In this document: piece after piece, positions 11,801 to 25,093 of the stretch | Layout of the letters: the number at the start of each line of letters is the position of its first letter | Position numbering within the stretch: the stretch's first letter is position 1 | From: Podarcis cretensis | Taxonomy: Eukaryota | Reading direction: 5' to 3' | Assembly (NCBI GenBank): GCA_951804945.1 | Contig: OX638153.1 | Span: forward strand, 20,584,001 to 20,648,000 | Length of the DNA: 64,000 nucleotides | The notes under the pieces: model-generated | The model's database searches: none | Seen by the model: only the letters and a program-made list of their open reading frames with translations | What the model was told of the DNA's origin: nothing | Made by a program: the position numbers and the translations under genes

Positions 11801-14800
11801 GACTTACTCATTGGAGTTAAACACAAATCGAAAGCTCCCAGTCTATTCGGATGAATAGATCAGGCACTTTTGGTTTGTGTTTTTGGTTTTGTGAGTTTGA
11901 TGGTTGAATGAGAGTGGATAATTTATTATGTAATTTATTATTTCTTAATCACAACATGATCAGCGGATATGGCTGCAACTTAGATTGTGATGAAGCCTAT
12001 TTGCAACAAAAGACACCTATGTGAATGAGTTAAAGGACAGTATGAAATAAGGAAAGGTTATTATTTTGAAGGGATCACGCTCCAGCTGAATTTATTTCAT
12101 CTTCAATGACAGCCAGTATTTCAGCATGGAATTTCTATATACAGTCAAAAGTGTCTGGCCTGGTGTTAATTGTTCTGTCTGAATTAATATGGCCAAGTTA
12201 TTTATTGGAACAGAGCAATCAGACCCAGCTGCTGACTGTAGCATGGGGGGCCCATTTCAATTAACAGGCCTATCTTCCCAAAGGAGCAATTGCATGAAAT
12301 GAGCAGCAGGCATACAATGAAAACAGAGGGGGTGGGTGACTGCCGTTTGGAGAACAAAGATAGTGTTTTGTGCAGGATAGAAGATAATCAAATACATCCT
12401 TTGCTGCACCAGCTTACCTTTTGTCAAACTGGGGATAAATTTCAATTTGAAAACCAAGTACATTTACTAGCTTCATGGAAAATCTGAAATGCTGATGGGA
12501 CAAAAGTCATCTTCTTTGTCTGAGGTCTGAAACAACTGGCTGGACAACTAACTAAATTGTGAGCATGCTCAAAAGTTATGCTCAAAAATGAATATATATT
12601 TTTTGCATAACTTTTGCTGCCTTATGCCCTGTGTTTTCTTCTTTAAGGGTCTACCCCTGGCCTTTACTCTGCTGTTTTGTAAATCTGTGTGTATTATATA
12701 TGCCAGGTTTTGCTGGTGTGGTCACATTGGCATATGCCACTATACTAGTGCTATACTGGGAGGTATGCCTGGCTGACATATTTAGCACCTGAGGTTGTGC
12801 CATTGGACTGATTTAACAGTGCTTGTATAAGATGAAGTTCAATTTTAGAACACCCCATTTGTCTTGGGGAAATGTCTACAGTCCATTAGAAGTGCTCTTG
12901 ATTCAAAGAAGTAGGCATTATTCACTCCACTATGCCTTTTGTTGTTACTTTGACTCATTGATGATATAAAATTCCCCAGGGAGCTATTAATCCTTCTGCT
13001 ACTGAAATGTTAGTAAATTTTGGTACATAGGGCATCACCTTCCTGCCTTTTATAGCACTGATAGTTTGTTGTGTCTCATCTCATAGCAGCATATTGCTTT
13101 TCTCATTAGGAGCTTCGATGTGGCCAATTTCATTGGCTTTTTCATTTGTGCTTCTTTAAAATCATGTTCTCTGGTGAATTATGAGCCAGTAAAACACTGG
13201 CTCTTTGATCAGAGCACATGTGTCTGGGTGGTTGTTCAAGAATACTGCAATATTATACATTCCAAGCAATACAAGCACACTAGGTGTCAAGATGTAATTC
13301 AAGTTGTGCCTAATCAAAAGCACTGTACAACTTCATCTCTTGTCAGTTTTGTTTTTATTGGGTTAAATAAATGGGGATTAAAATACTCAACACAGTACAG
13401 TCAAACAGGAATAACTAAGCAAAATGGAAGACAGAATGCATTATGAACTTTTTAATGGTTTCAAATATGATGGCCCTGTCTTTCTTAATAGATAGCATTA
13501 TTTGTTAAGTACTCAAAGAGCTTCACAAACACGATCCCTACAACTACGATGTAATTAAAACTGGTACAATTATCACTACATTAGGGGTTATTTTGTGTTT
13601 GCAGGTGTGAGAGAGAGACAGACAGAGAGAGACAGAGACAGAGAGAATGGCTTGCCTAAAGCCATTTAAACTACAAACATACTTGCTTTATTGGGGGTAT
13701 TTCTTATTGAATTAAATGGGACTTACTTCTGAGTACCCATTTATTTATTTTATACAGTAGAAACTGTTCTATATTCTGAGAACCAACAAGAATTTAAAAC
13801 TGCAGAAATAAAATAGACTGATTTGGATGGGCTTGGGAGCAAATAACAGTCTTCAACCAAAAAAACACCCATGTTGGGCTTGCAGAGAAATGGTGCCACA
13901 GTGCTTTCCCAGAGGAACATATGGCACCATCAACAAATCTTCATCCACAGAACTCAGCGACCAGGAAGGGGTGCAGGGGGAGAGATGACTTCTCAGATAT
14001 TATCCATATCCATTTGATTGCATTGTTGGTGAGTTTGTTGCTGAGATTTGCCATTGTTGCCACTTGCCCAGGTGAAGAGAAACCTTTGCTCTCTTTGGAC
14101 ACTAATATATTGTGTTTCGCATGCCTGATGTTTGGTAGTAGTAAACTTCCAGTAAAGGTTTGAGGGACACTGTTCTCCTGTGGCTACCGTGAGCTTGGGG
14201 AGGCAGCAACAGCAACAATAGTCTGAGGAAGAGGACTGTTTTTCCTTACTGTTCCCTCAGTGCTTCCAGCAGTGTCCTGCAGCAAGCGGTTCAGAAGCCA
14301 GGAGCTGCTGATTCCATCTGCTCAATGAGACTTGCAAGCCTTTTGAAAGAGGGTAAATGGAACTGTAATGAAAATTTTAGAATTAAGAGGTTTAAAATGT
14401 TATGATAGTTTAGACAATGTCATGGAATTGAGACAACTTCTTAGGGGGAAGAGGAAACAGGGATGATCCAGGTCACCCTATGTGCATAGCTAATATACAG
14501 TTTAAAAATAATCTCTTCCATAAGTTTAAAAAGACATGAGCAGATTCGATCCATTATAAAACGAGGCAATTGTATATTGAGTTGAATGTCGATAGAATCT
14601 AAAATTCAAGTGATTCAGTCAAGCAAATAATCAGGATCAGAAGTAGCATTATATTTAACAGATAAACACACTACTTTTGTGAACAGATTGTATGGTATTC
14701 CTCTAATTATATCCCTTTTTAAATTTCAGATATCCAAATGGCTTGCAAATACTGTTGATGTTTTGCTCTGAGACTCAGAAAAGCTTTGTAGTTCCTCTTA

Positions 14801-17404
14801 ATTCCCCACCCCCTTGCTTGTAATATGTACTGTAACTTATGAAATGGACATACTTTGACACTTTCACTTACATTAAATATTCCAGTGATTATCATTTGCA
14901 GTTAGCTGAGGCATGAATGCTTTTCTTTAGCGGATGTTTTCTTTATATTTTAATCCAACCCTCTTCTCAGTTTGTCATGTTGTAAAATATCATCAACACA
15001 GTAATAGCCCTACACTCAGAGCCATCCCATGATATCTCTATCCCTGATACAGATAAAATGTGTGACTTCCTACTCTTCTGTGAAAGGAATCGGGAATGAT
15101 AATCAACTTTGATTTCCTGCCCTTGGTCCCTCTTCTGTCTTCTTCCAGTCAGATGGGCTGGAGGCGGAACAGGAGTCAATCCATGATGGTTATCTGAGGT
15201 ACAGCAATCACTGACTGCACCACATTGGGTACCTCTGGTGTCAGAAGTTATGCTGATTGAGCAAAGGAGGCGAGGACAGCAAGCATTATCGTTTTCTGCC
15301 TTCAACTTGCTAATTGGTGAAAATGAAATCCAACTGATCCTTTCTGAAAATGATGTGAAATATTTGTCATTTGGAAGCATAAGCTCTTGCATACTTTCAC
15401 AGAAAACACATCAGTAGTTCTGAAACAGTTTTAAGCTGAGATTACAAGTTGAAACTGGGACTTGGTAGCAATTAAAATCCTCTTTGTCAGAGGCTACCTT
15501 GAAAATGTATTAATTGGCACATGGCATTAACTGATACCTTGACATTAGAATAAAGTGAATAATTAGGAGACAACTGAATTGCTTATGACCTTATTGTGAA
15601 ATTACCCAATTGTTTTCTCATTGGAGAACTCTTAGTTCACTGTGCATTGAACTATATCAGTATTAAAATTTAATCTTTCCCTTTTCTATCAGAAGTGACC
15701 TGCAACAATTAAGCTACTGTGTGCATCTCTGAGGAGGGGACTGATTTAAATATTGTAAATTTGACCATCTCTGTTTACTTTCTCTGCTGCTTGCTACCAG
15801 AATGGAAAGGAAGGTGGCAAAAAACCAGCAAGAATTTGGTATAATACCATTATTTGGGATGTACCGCTTTTCGAAATTGACTTAACCTCTGCCTCTGTTG
15901 CTAGGACAACTAATGGATATAATTGGAAAAATCTATGTTAAAGAGACACAGGGTGTGAATGAGTAGAGGAGCTGAAGAATTTCTGAAGTGTTATGGTATA
16001 ATGATGAAATTAATGGACTGAAATGCTATATGACCAAATTGTATTCCCTCATCACTTCATATTTTAACTCCCAAACCTGCATTCCCCCCTCAAATTGTTG
16101 CTCCTGTATCTCAAGCTTATAAATACTCCTTGAAAAGTTCCTATAAAAACACAGGTTCATTTAACACACCAATGCAATGCTTAATAACCTGCTATATAAT
16201 CTGAAAATTGCAACACATTCTCCTGGGATTAAAAATAATGCCTCTAATGGCATTTTCACATGGATTCATATTGACCCACAAAAGAGTTAAGAATTAGATC
16301 ATACCATATAACTCTATCGAATTTTTAGACAGGGTCCATGGCAATCATGCCTTCTTTGACTCTCTGTTCATTATGTTTCAAGATATTTAACTGACCTGAA
16401 ATCAATGAAGCTGTGTTGGATTTCTTGAAAAGATATAACGGTAAAAAGAGAAAGAAGATCTCAAAAAAAGGTTTTTGGTCTGCAGTCCCAGTCATGCCAA
16501 AATCTGAAATGTTGACTACTCTTAAATAACGCTTAAGGAAAAGTGTTTCTTCCTACCCATTATCACCCCAACATTAATCTAGCTGTTTGTCACTTGATAG
16601 CAGTACCAGGACATGTTTGTGGGTTTTATTTGGGGATCCTAGGATTACTGACCAAACACTTGTTTATTTGTGGAGAAATATTTGTACCTGAGTCCAGTGT
16701 GACTTGTGAACAGATCTATTAATGATGACTAGGGCTATCTTTTTGATGGAAGGCTTATTTTGCAATGCTTATTTATGAGTGCTGGTGCTGGCCAGTAGAT
16801 TTGAAGTTTTGCTGCAGACTTTCCCCTCACTATATTTTGCTGCTTCCTTCAGGATTCAGATAAGGAAAATAGCAGTGTCTCTTCTTTCTGTTACCTAGCC
16901 TGAGAAATACTTGTATCCGAATGGTTAATAAATCACTTCTTGTACCTGAGCATTAGCGTGGAAAGATAAGTGGTACAAATATTCTTATGTTTTCTGGGCT
17001 AGCAAAGACACGCTCCCTAGAAATACAGCTGATAGCGGTGGATCATATGAGATAGCAGGCTAGCACAAAAATAGTCCTTTATAATAAGAATAATAAAAAG
17101 CATGTAATGGCTTAGAAAATGAGACAAAAGTGCTAATTTGTTTGCAGAGCAAGCTGAAGCAAAATCCACAAGAGAGAGAGAGAGGAAACAATGTGAAAAA
17201 TTAGAATGTAGGAAAAGTAATATTACAAAGTGTGTCAAAGCACCCACAGATACGGTCAGTACAAATGAATAAAAGAGGAAATGAATGGTTTTCTATGTTT
17301 GCCATTGGTAGGCAATATGTTTGGTGTGTTGGGTTGTTGCTAGTATGGTTTCTTGCTTTAAACCATGTAAGAATCATATCATAAAGCCATTAAAAATATA
17401 TATG

Positions 17405-17945
17405 GTGGCATTGCTCTTGGAGCACAGTGTACAGTTCTGGTTGCTGCCCCTCAAAAAGGGTATTAGAGAGCTGAAAATAGTTAAGAAAATGCTTAAGAAA
17501 TACTTAAGAAAATGATCATGGGGCTGGAACAACTCCCTTATAAGGAAAGGCTACATTTTAGTTTAGGGGGAAATGAACGAGAGGGAGATGATGATGATGA
17601 TGATGATGATGATACTGGCTGGGTTTCCCCAGCCATTCTGGGCAGCTTCCAACAAAATATTAAAATACAATAATTCATCAAATATTAAAAGCTTCCCTAA
17701 ACAGAGATGTATAAAATAAAGCACAATGTAGAGACAGTAGTTGGGGAGAGATTTTTTTCTCCATCTCTCATAATGCCAGCACTTGGGGTCATCCACTGAA
17801 GCTGAATGGTGTTGGATTCAGGACAGACAGAAGTTCTTTTTCACCCACTGGACAGTGATGGCTGCTAATGTGGACCGATTTAGAGGGGAGTCAGACAGCT
17901 TCATGGCAGATCAGGCTGCCAATGGTTGCTAGTCATGATGGCTAT
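17405..17945 (+). mobile_element. Degenerate CR1 LINE 3' fragment
   Basis: Peptide LLEHSVQFWLLPLKKGIRELKIV resembles the CR1 ORF2 C-terminal LEYCVQFW motif. Confidence 0.7.
17587..17705 (-). mobile_element. L2 3' tail with (GAT)n, nested in a CR1 fragment
   Basis: CTGGCTGGGTTTCCCCAGCCATTCTGGGCAGCTTCC...AAAAGCTTCCCTAAACAG matches the L2 3' end. Confidence 0.8.
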
Positions 17946-18226
17946 GTAATGCTTCTATTATCAGAGGCTTCTGAATACCAATTGCTGCAGATCATGAGCT
18001 AGAAAGGAATACTGCATACATGTCCAGTTTGAAGGATTTGACTAGGTGCATCTTTGATGCAGCTGGGCTCTTCTTAATGGTTGTGCGCTTTGCTATTGGA
18101 GTAAATGGACAGTAGCCACGTACCAGGCCACTGTGGTTAAATGAGATGAGTAGTAGCAGGCCCATGGCCTGTCAAAAGGCTAAAAACAATAGCTTTTTTA
18201 TGAGGAAGTGGGTTAGGTAGGATATA

Positions 18227-18435
18227 CAGTGGTACCTCAGGTTACATACGCTTCAGGTTACAGACTCCGCTAACCCAGAAATAGTACCTCGGGTTAAGAA
18301 CTTTGCTTCAGGATGAGAACAGAAATCATGCTTTAGTGGTGCGGCGGCAGCGGGAGGCCCCATTAGCTAAAGTGGTGCTTCAGGTTAAGAACAGACCTCC
18401 AGAATGAATTAAGTTCTTAACCCGAGGTACCACTG
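18227..18435. mobile_element. Tigger/pogo-like MITE (copy 1 of 3)
   Basis: TIR CAGTGGTACCTC(A/G)GGTTA; TA TSD. Confidence 0.88.
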
Positions 18436-20848
18436 TAACAGAGGAAAGAGGACAAATGTAGGAGGCAAGCAGATGAATGGGTAACAATGGTTCTTAACTG
18501 GCCCCACACCCGTAAACTACTGTAAGTGATGATGGACCACTTAATAAATTAATTTTCTTCACTGCCAGCACCATTATCAAAACCAGGGCTATGTTATGAG
18601 TATCTTGGTCCCTAGGCTACTAAGGCAGGTTCCTTTAACTGATTCATTTTTAGGGAATAGATAGTAGATTGCAGAAGCACTGTGTTATTCTGTTGCATAA
18701 CCCCAGCCCTGGTCAAAACAGACTTGATCTTCATTGTCAGAAGAAATAAACCAGGTGCAAATCCCAACTGTTCTGTGGACCACAGTTTGAGGAATATTGT
18801 ACCCGAGAATCTGCGGAAGTGAAATATACCACTTACAATGGTAAGTGTCTAAAGACAGGGACCTGTCTTTAGTTTACCTTGCTCAGTAAAGCACCATATA
18901 TACACTGAAGGTGCAATATAAATAATACTAAATGCTTCTGCAACAACTTGAATGAATGCTCATCTTAATTTCTTCTTGCTGGTATCCTTGACATTTTCAG
19001 TTTTCAAAAAAAGATGCACCAAATTTAATTTATATTAATCTGTCCAATGAAGATTTCATGGGTAAGTTTAAACAAGCTTGAGTCAGTGGTGCATTCTGCT
19101 GTTTGCATCATGGCAGCTGCTGATGCTATTTCATGGAGCTAAAGCACACCTGTTGCTCCAGGACTTTTCTTCCTGGGTTAAATGACAGCCATCCCATACT
19201 GCCACAACTTACAAGCCACCCCCTACACAAAGGGTAGGTAAAATACCACAAAGACCCCAATACTGCCTGCAAAGCACCCAGAGAAAGGACCTATCATTAA
19301 GTAATTCAGACTCAGAATAGTCTGGAAAATGAACATCATGTTACAAGAAGCAGCTGCTTACGAGAAGACCAAGTTTTGGCTTAATTCCAGTTCTCAATAT
19401 TTGTTGCTTAAGGGTTTCAAGGTTAAATGGGACCAGAAAATCAGGAAAACAGTTCCTGAATTTTAATTGGATGGCTACTTCACTCCATAGTTGGCCTGCC
19501 ATCCAAAAGGAAAAAAGAAATGGATAAAATGAACCTAGTAACAGATGTACACATGAGATCTATAAGATCTCTGTATAACTGAAAGATATATGTATTACCA
19601 TATGACTTACTGTATATGTACGCATTACTGAATACAAAATGAATGTATTACTGAGAAATAAATATCTAATATAACTACAACTTTCCTTTATTTTGCCTCC
19701 CACTAGGTTTTAGTAAAGACTTTGAATAATATTTTAATAATAAGATTTATAGACTCATTGCAAATGGGACAGGACAAACTGTTATGAAGTGTTGGGCAAA
19801 TTTAAACTTTACAAGAAGTCTTGCGGGGTTTCTTTCTTTTAATAATATGAAGCAGCAATGTTTTCACATGAAAGCTTACCAATGGGAAAACAGTTTTGTG
19901 TAGATGTCCAAATCCATTGCTAGATTTTAAGTGTTTCCTCTTCTCTTTAAGTACAGCTACATCTGTATTGAAAATTTAAGAGGATGGCTGAAGTTGATGA
20001 TTTTAGCTGTTATTGTACTTCATTTTATTAAGGGAGGTTTTATTATTATAGTATACTTCTGATAGTGCAAGCTGCCCTGAGGGCTTTGTTGAGCAATGTG
20101 GCAGAGTTCTTTTTAACAACAAACACAAATATGCATAAAGGCATGTGTTGATGCAGATAATTTTTTAAAAAATTCATATATGATTAATAAACTGCCATAT
20201 TGGGTCTCCTTTGTTAGGCAAAAATAAGAATAAAATTCCAAATGTATCTAACACTAAAAACTGATTTGCTGGATATTTCTGTAAAAACATGGTCTGGCAT
20301 ATTTTCAAATAACTAAAAAAGCAATTTAAGAGGCGCTCTGTTTTTCAAAATTTTGCATATTAGGCAGAAAAATAAGAGTATAGAAATGGATAGAATAGTC
20401 TAGCCTTCAGGAGTCAGCTGTGGTGGCTGCATGAGGCATCTCTCATAGCTTTTCTAGCAAGTGCAAGAATTAATTAATGCCATCTATCCTTCTGCTTCTG
20501 ACCTCAGGTTGTCATATTCCGTTTTCCCACTCATTGATCTGTAATATAACCTTCCATTTCCTGCAAGAGCTGTTAAGTAAAAGAAAATGCATAATGGTTG
20601 TGCTCCTGAACCACCATAACACCTGCACAGTGCTGGGGGTGGCAGCACATGGGAAGACTAGAAAGAGCATCAGCAACTTGCACAGTTGAAATGATGCACA
20701 ATTTCAACACAGTTGAAATGATGCACAAACCAAAATTTTCGGTTACAATTTCACATTGAGAAAAATGTGGAATATTTAATAACCAGCTGTTTGAATAGTA
20801 TTTTTCCCATTGTTCAAAACCAACACCAAAAACAGGGTCCCTCTCTAC

Positions 20849-20906
20849 CTTCTTCTTCTTCTTCTTCTTCTTCTTCTTCTTCTTCTTCTTCTTCTTCTTC
20901 TTCTTC
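20849..20906. repeat. (CTT)n microsatellite, about 19 units
   Basis: Read directly. Confidence 0.97.
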
Positions 20907-22283
20907 ATAAAATGCTCTCTCTATTAGCACCTAAGTGCATTGTCATCCCAAGGGCAAGCATGAAAAGTATTCATTAAACTGAAACTAATTAATCTCCTCT
21001 GTCTCCTTTAAAAAAAAAAATGATGCCAAAAGCAATATATTTTTGTATGGTTAGGCTAAAACAGCAGCTGCTGATGGCTCCCTACAAAACAAAATGAGCC
21101 AAATTATCAATTTCCGTAACTCTCCTTATCTAGGACCAGAGGAAGCTGCTGCTCATTATGACCTGAATGTTTTGTTTATACGAATATTTTGTTACAACAG
21201 CCCTTGGTTGCTGTATGATCTGTGTCTTTTTGAAGATTCAAGAACCTGAAGCTGGCCATGCAACCTAGTGCAGCACCTTCATGAGAGTAATAACGGACGT
21301 GCAATTTCACAAACTTGAATGAAGCATAGGTGTCTCTCTAGAAAGTCTGGAAGGCACAAGCAGACTCGGCCCCGGAAGTTGGTCAACAAGACCCAAACAT
21401 ATGGCTCCTAACCGCTACATGGTAGTTTTCTGGAAGCGGCAGCTACCGGCCTCATTATGTACCTCCACTGTGGATGGCCAAAGGGTGATACTACAATTCA
21501 GCAGGGATCTGGGGTCAATTGCATTCCACCTGGTCTGATAAAGCTACTGATTCTGCCCTGACATTTTAGTCTCAGCAACTTGTGGTTAAGGTGTGGACAG
21601 GAGTATTTTGAAGAGCTGCTCCAGGTATCCTGTTTGTTGAGTATTCTTCCTGATTCGCTTGGTTTAAATAGAATTTTAAGGTAGGCAAATGGTCCATTGC
21701 TTAGTTGCAGTTGTGTAGTGAGGTATACACATATTTCTAAGGCAATCTACATATGCAGTGGGTTTATATCCCAGCGAACCTCAGGCAACATACATGTAGT
21801 TCCCAGGCACTCACCCATCGAAGCACTGACCAGACCTACAGTACAGACCTGCTTACCTTCAGTAAGGTGGCAACCTCCTGTCAAATCTTTTCCAGGCTTT
21901 ACCATTTCTGACTGCATTTTTAGGGTTGGACATATGAATGTGCTTCCAACAGAGATATGGGTAGGAGAAGCAATCCTTTCTGCACATAGAAAATTAGCAT
22001 GCTAAGATTCCTTTGTCTTGCCATGGTAAAAATATATATAGATTACCTGTTGTTGTTTTCTTTTAATGCATGCTAAGAGTCTTTCTTTAATGTAATGTAA
22101 GCTTATGTTCAAATTATTTAACACAAACTTACCCATTCGCAGAGAAGAATGTTATCATTCTAAGCTGTTTAGTCAATCTGATTTTTAGTCTTATTTCTAA
22201 CCTTTAGGTATGACAGTGTCACTGCCCAAAACCAGCAATTTTTTACCTGGTTTCCTAACCCATTAACCCTTTTCCCCTTTCAG

Positions 22284-22360
22284 ATTTTCTCTCACCATCA
22301 TGGTTTTTCTGAACTGTGGAGGCGGGGGCTACTGGTTCTTTGAGCATGCTGCGTGGAATG
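22284..22360 (+). CDS. HGSNAT: HGSNAT-like exon (equivalent to human exon 8)
   Basis: ccctttcag|...|gtagg, 77 bp. Encodes (G)FSLTIMVFLNCGGGGYWFFEHAAWNG, matching human [27 protein letters not shown] including the N258 and H269 equivalents. Symbol denotes the family; likely a paralog. Confidence 0.93.
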
Positions 22361-23261
22361 GTAGGGGACAACTTCCCATTGCATTTGCTGCATCCCTAAG
22401 CACTTTATACAAATCAGCAAACTCATTATTGATCTCCAAAAGAAACAGGAATTAATATGGCCTACCATATCCTCTGTAGGTAAAGAGTATTTAACAATGA
22501 ACTCTGCTTAAACTTCATAAAAGCCTCTTCAGCAAATCAGCAGGAAAAAATATTGATCTTAAAATAAGCATGTGAATGCTAATTGTATTTTGCCTTTCCA
22601 CTGGAGGACCATTACTTTATTTAGCTGGAGTTCATCCTTTAATTTTATTGTCTCAGTGCATTGTCTATGAGGCCATTTTCTTTAGGTTTAAGCAAGGTCT
22701 GTAACAGCTCCGTTTTGCTGACCCTTCCTTTTTTGCAAGGAGTATATTGACTTCTGAGAGCTAGAGAAGCTTTTAAGATCATGTTACAGTAGCCCCAATC
22801 TGAGTTACATATTGTGTAACAATGGTTTCCTGTTATTGGGCTCTCAGTTAAATGGATTAGCATGATGCCAAGTACAATAATTGCCTCGCTCTGTATTTTA
22901 GCTCAGAAATCAATTGGCGGTACTTCTGAACTGCCATCTTCATAACACAGGCTTTAATTACATGCACAGTTTAATCTGGGAAAACCACACGTCTTTTCCA
23001 GTCCTGCTTCAGTCACGAGAGTATTGGTTTGGTGGATCTCCTCTTACAACTTGTCAACGCTCAACAAATGTTTCTTGAAATATTCCTCTGTCCCTGCCAA
23101 TTGGCACTGGCCCACTGACTCTGTGAAACAAAGTTAGATATATCTTCATCACTTTTGTGTTGTGAAGTTACTGAACAGGGAAAAGAGCATACTAGAAATG
23201 AAGGGTCATTCATTTCATATTATGTTGTCCTCACTTACTAATGTGTATGTGGACTGTGGTA

Positions 23262-23503
23262 CAGTGGTACCTCGGGTTACATACACTTCAGGTTACATAC
23301 GCTTCAGGTTACAGACTCCGCTAACCCAGAAATATTACCTTGGGTTAAGAACTTTGCTTCAGGATGAGAATAGAAATTGTGCAGCAGCGGCGCAGGGGCA
23401 GCAGGAGACCCCATTAGCTAAAGTGGTGCTTCAGGTTAAGAACAGTTTCAGGTTAAGAACGGACCTCCAGAACGAATTAAGTTCTTAACCTGAGGTACCA
23501 CTG
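23262..23503. mobile_element. Tigger/pogo-like MITE (copy 2 of 3)
   Basis: Same TIR and TA TSD; extra internal CTTCAGGTTACA and CAGGTTAAGAAC duplications. Confidence 0.88.
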
Positions 23504-24171
23504 TATACACTTGCATGGCCATTCACATGTTACATAAAGTCTGACCAGCTGGAGCTTCCAAGCCAGGCACAATCTACCAGCCATTCATAGTGGCTTGCCA
23601 AGTCCTTGACAACTCTTCTGTTTTTGAGGTCCAGGCAGCAAAATTAGAGTTATAAGGCTCTGGATTGCTTGCCATACATTACTGTGTTTGACTTGGTGTG
23701 CCATAACCTGGGCAGGGTCTGTGTTTTAAGACATGGGACCCATCTGCACTATACATTTAAAGCAGGATTATATCACTTTGAACAATCACAAGATTTCCCC
23801 AAAGACTCTTGGGTTGTTAAGCCTACTGACAGTTGTTAAGAGAACTGCACTTCCCTAAATCCGGTGCTGTTGTGAGGCATTGACCTTCACGGAAATGTTT
23901 CTTTGCACATTATTTTGAAAAATGATTAGGCAAATTAAAGATATGAGGAGCAAAGGAGGAAGTTACTATGTGCGGGGACAGAACCTGAAGACATACACTT
24001 AAAAATAAGCAACCTGTTTTATTAGCTCTGCCTGGTAAATAGTACCTCCTTCTATAGCAGCAATATATCTCTCAATATCACATTCTGGGAACAATAAGAG
24101 GGTGGGAATCACATTTGACCTCTGATTGTGAGGTTCTGACTCATATCTACTAGTGGAATGGTCTCCCTTAC

Positions 24172-24311
24172 CAGGTTGTGGTCTCTCCTTCCTTGGAGGT
24201 TTTTAAGTAGAGGTTGGATGACTATCTGTCATGGATGCTTTAGTTGATATTTCTGCATTGCAGGGGGTGGACAAGATGGCCCTTGGGTCCCTCCCAACTC
24301 TACAATTCTAT
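24172..24311 (+). mobile_element. CR1 3' end fragment
   Basis: CTCTCCTTCCTTGGAGGTTTTTAAG...AGGTTGGATG...CTGCATTGCAGGGG...CCAACTCTACAATTCTAT. Confidence 0.8.
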
Positions 24312-25062
24312 TAGAAACAAAATGTTGAGTCAAAAGTACTAAATACGTAAAATAACGGAGTAGATGAACTCTGGTCAGTGAAAGCCCAAAACTTTTTGCT
24401 ACCTGAATTGGAGACCTTTAAAAATAACAACCAGTTTCTGTACCATTTAATCTTATGTCTCTATCTGTCCACCCCCTCATGGTGCCTCTTGAAACAGGTC
24501 TTCATCATGGCAGATGGCAGGGCTAGCCATGACTGGGGTGTGACCCAGCAAGAAAATTATGCTGCTTTTATCTGGGCATTGATCTTGGTTTTCAGTGCTT
24601 TGCCATATCTGAATCTGGGTTATACGAGCCAACTCAGCAACACTCTGCTGTGAAAAATCCCCTTGCCCTTTGAAGTAAGAAAATTCAAATTCGGAACTCA
24701 GAACAAATGAAAGAAGTAAAGAAAACTTACACAAATATGCTTACTCTGCATAAAAGGTGTGGCATATTTGCCTTATTCAGAAACCAAAAATAATTTGTGT
24801 AAGAGTCAGAATATTTTTGCAAGGGTTATTGTGGTAGCAGGAGGCAATCATAATGACTGGAGGATGTGTAAACTTACAAATGCTGTAGTATTTGCAAACA
24901 ATTCTAGTATGCTTCCAAATGTATTCATAGGGCCATGAGGAGTAGCAAGATGCTGTGTCAGACATCAGATCCATTTTGTTGTTCTTATCTACCACATGAA
25001 TTGGTAAACTGTATTGTTAAACAATCAGCATTTTAAAATCATTGTTGTGTTTTCATCCATAG

Positions 25063-25093
25063 GACTGACAGTTGCCGATCTGGTCATGCCCTG
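25063..25093 (+). CDS. HGSNAT: HGSNAT-like exon (equivalent to exon 9)
   Basis: ccatag|...|gtaag, 31 bp. Encodes GLTVADLVMPW (human GLTVADLVFPW); phase-compatible with both neighbours. Confidence 0.93.

Noticed and set aside
14967-15392. 141-aa minus-strand ORF
   Set aside because: No recognisable domain, codon bias or clear splice signals.
20573-20908. Poly-Lys ORF (and the poly-Gln, poly-Ile, poly-Asn ORFs elsewhere)
   Set aside because: Translations of microsatellites.
21240-21540. GC/CpG-richer segment as a possible exon
   Set aside because: The frames I translated hit stops within about 65 codons, and no homology or clean splice pair was recognised.
1-22283. Upstream HGSNAT-like exons (e.g. 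RLRSLDTFRG)
   Set aside because: Searched by eye with no convincing match; they probably lie upstream of the window, though divergent N-terminal exons could have been missed.
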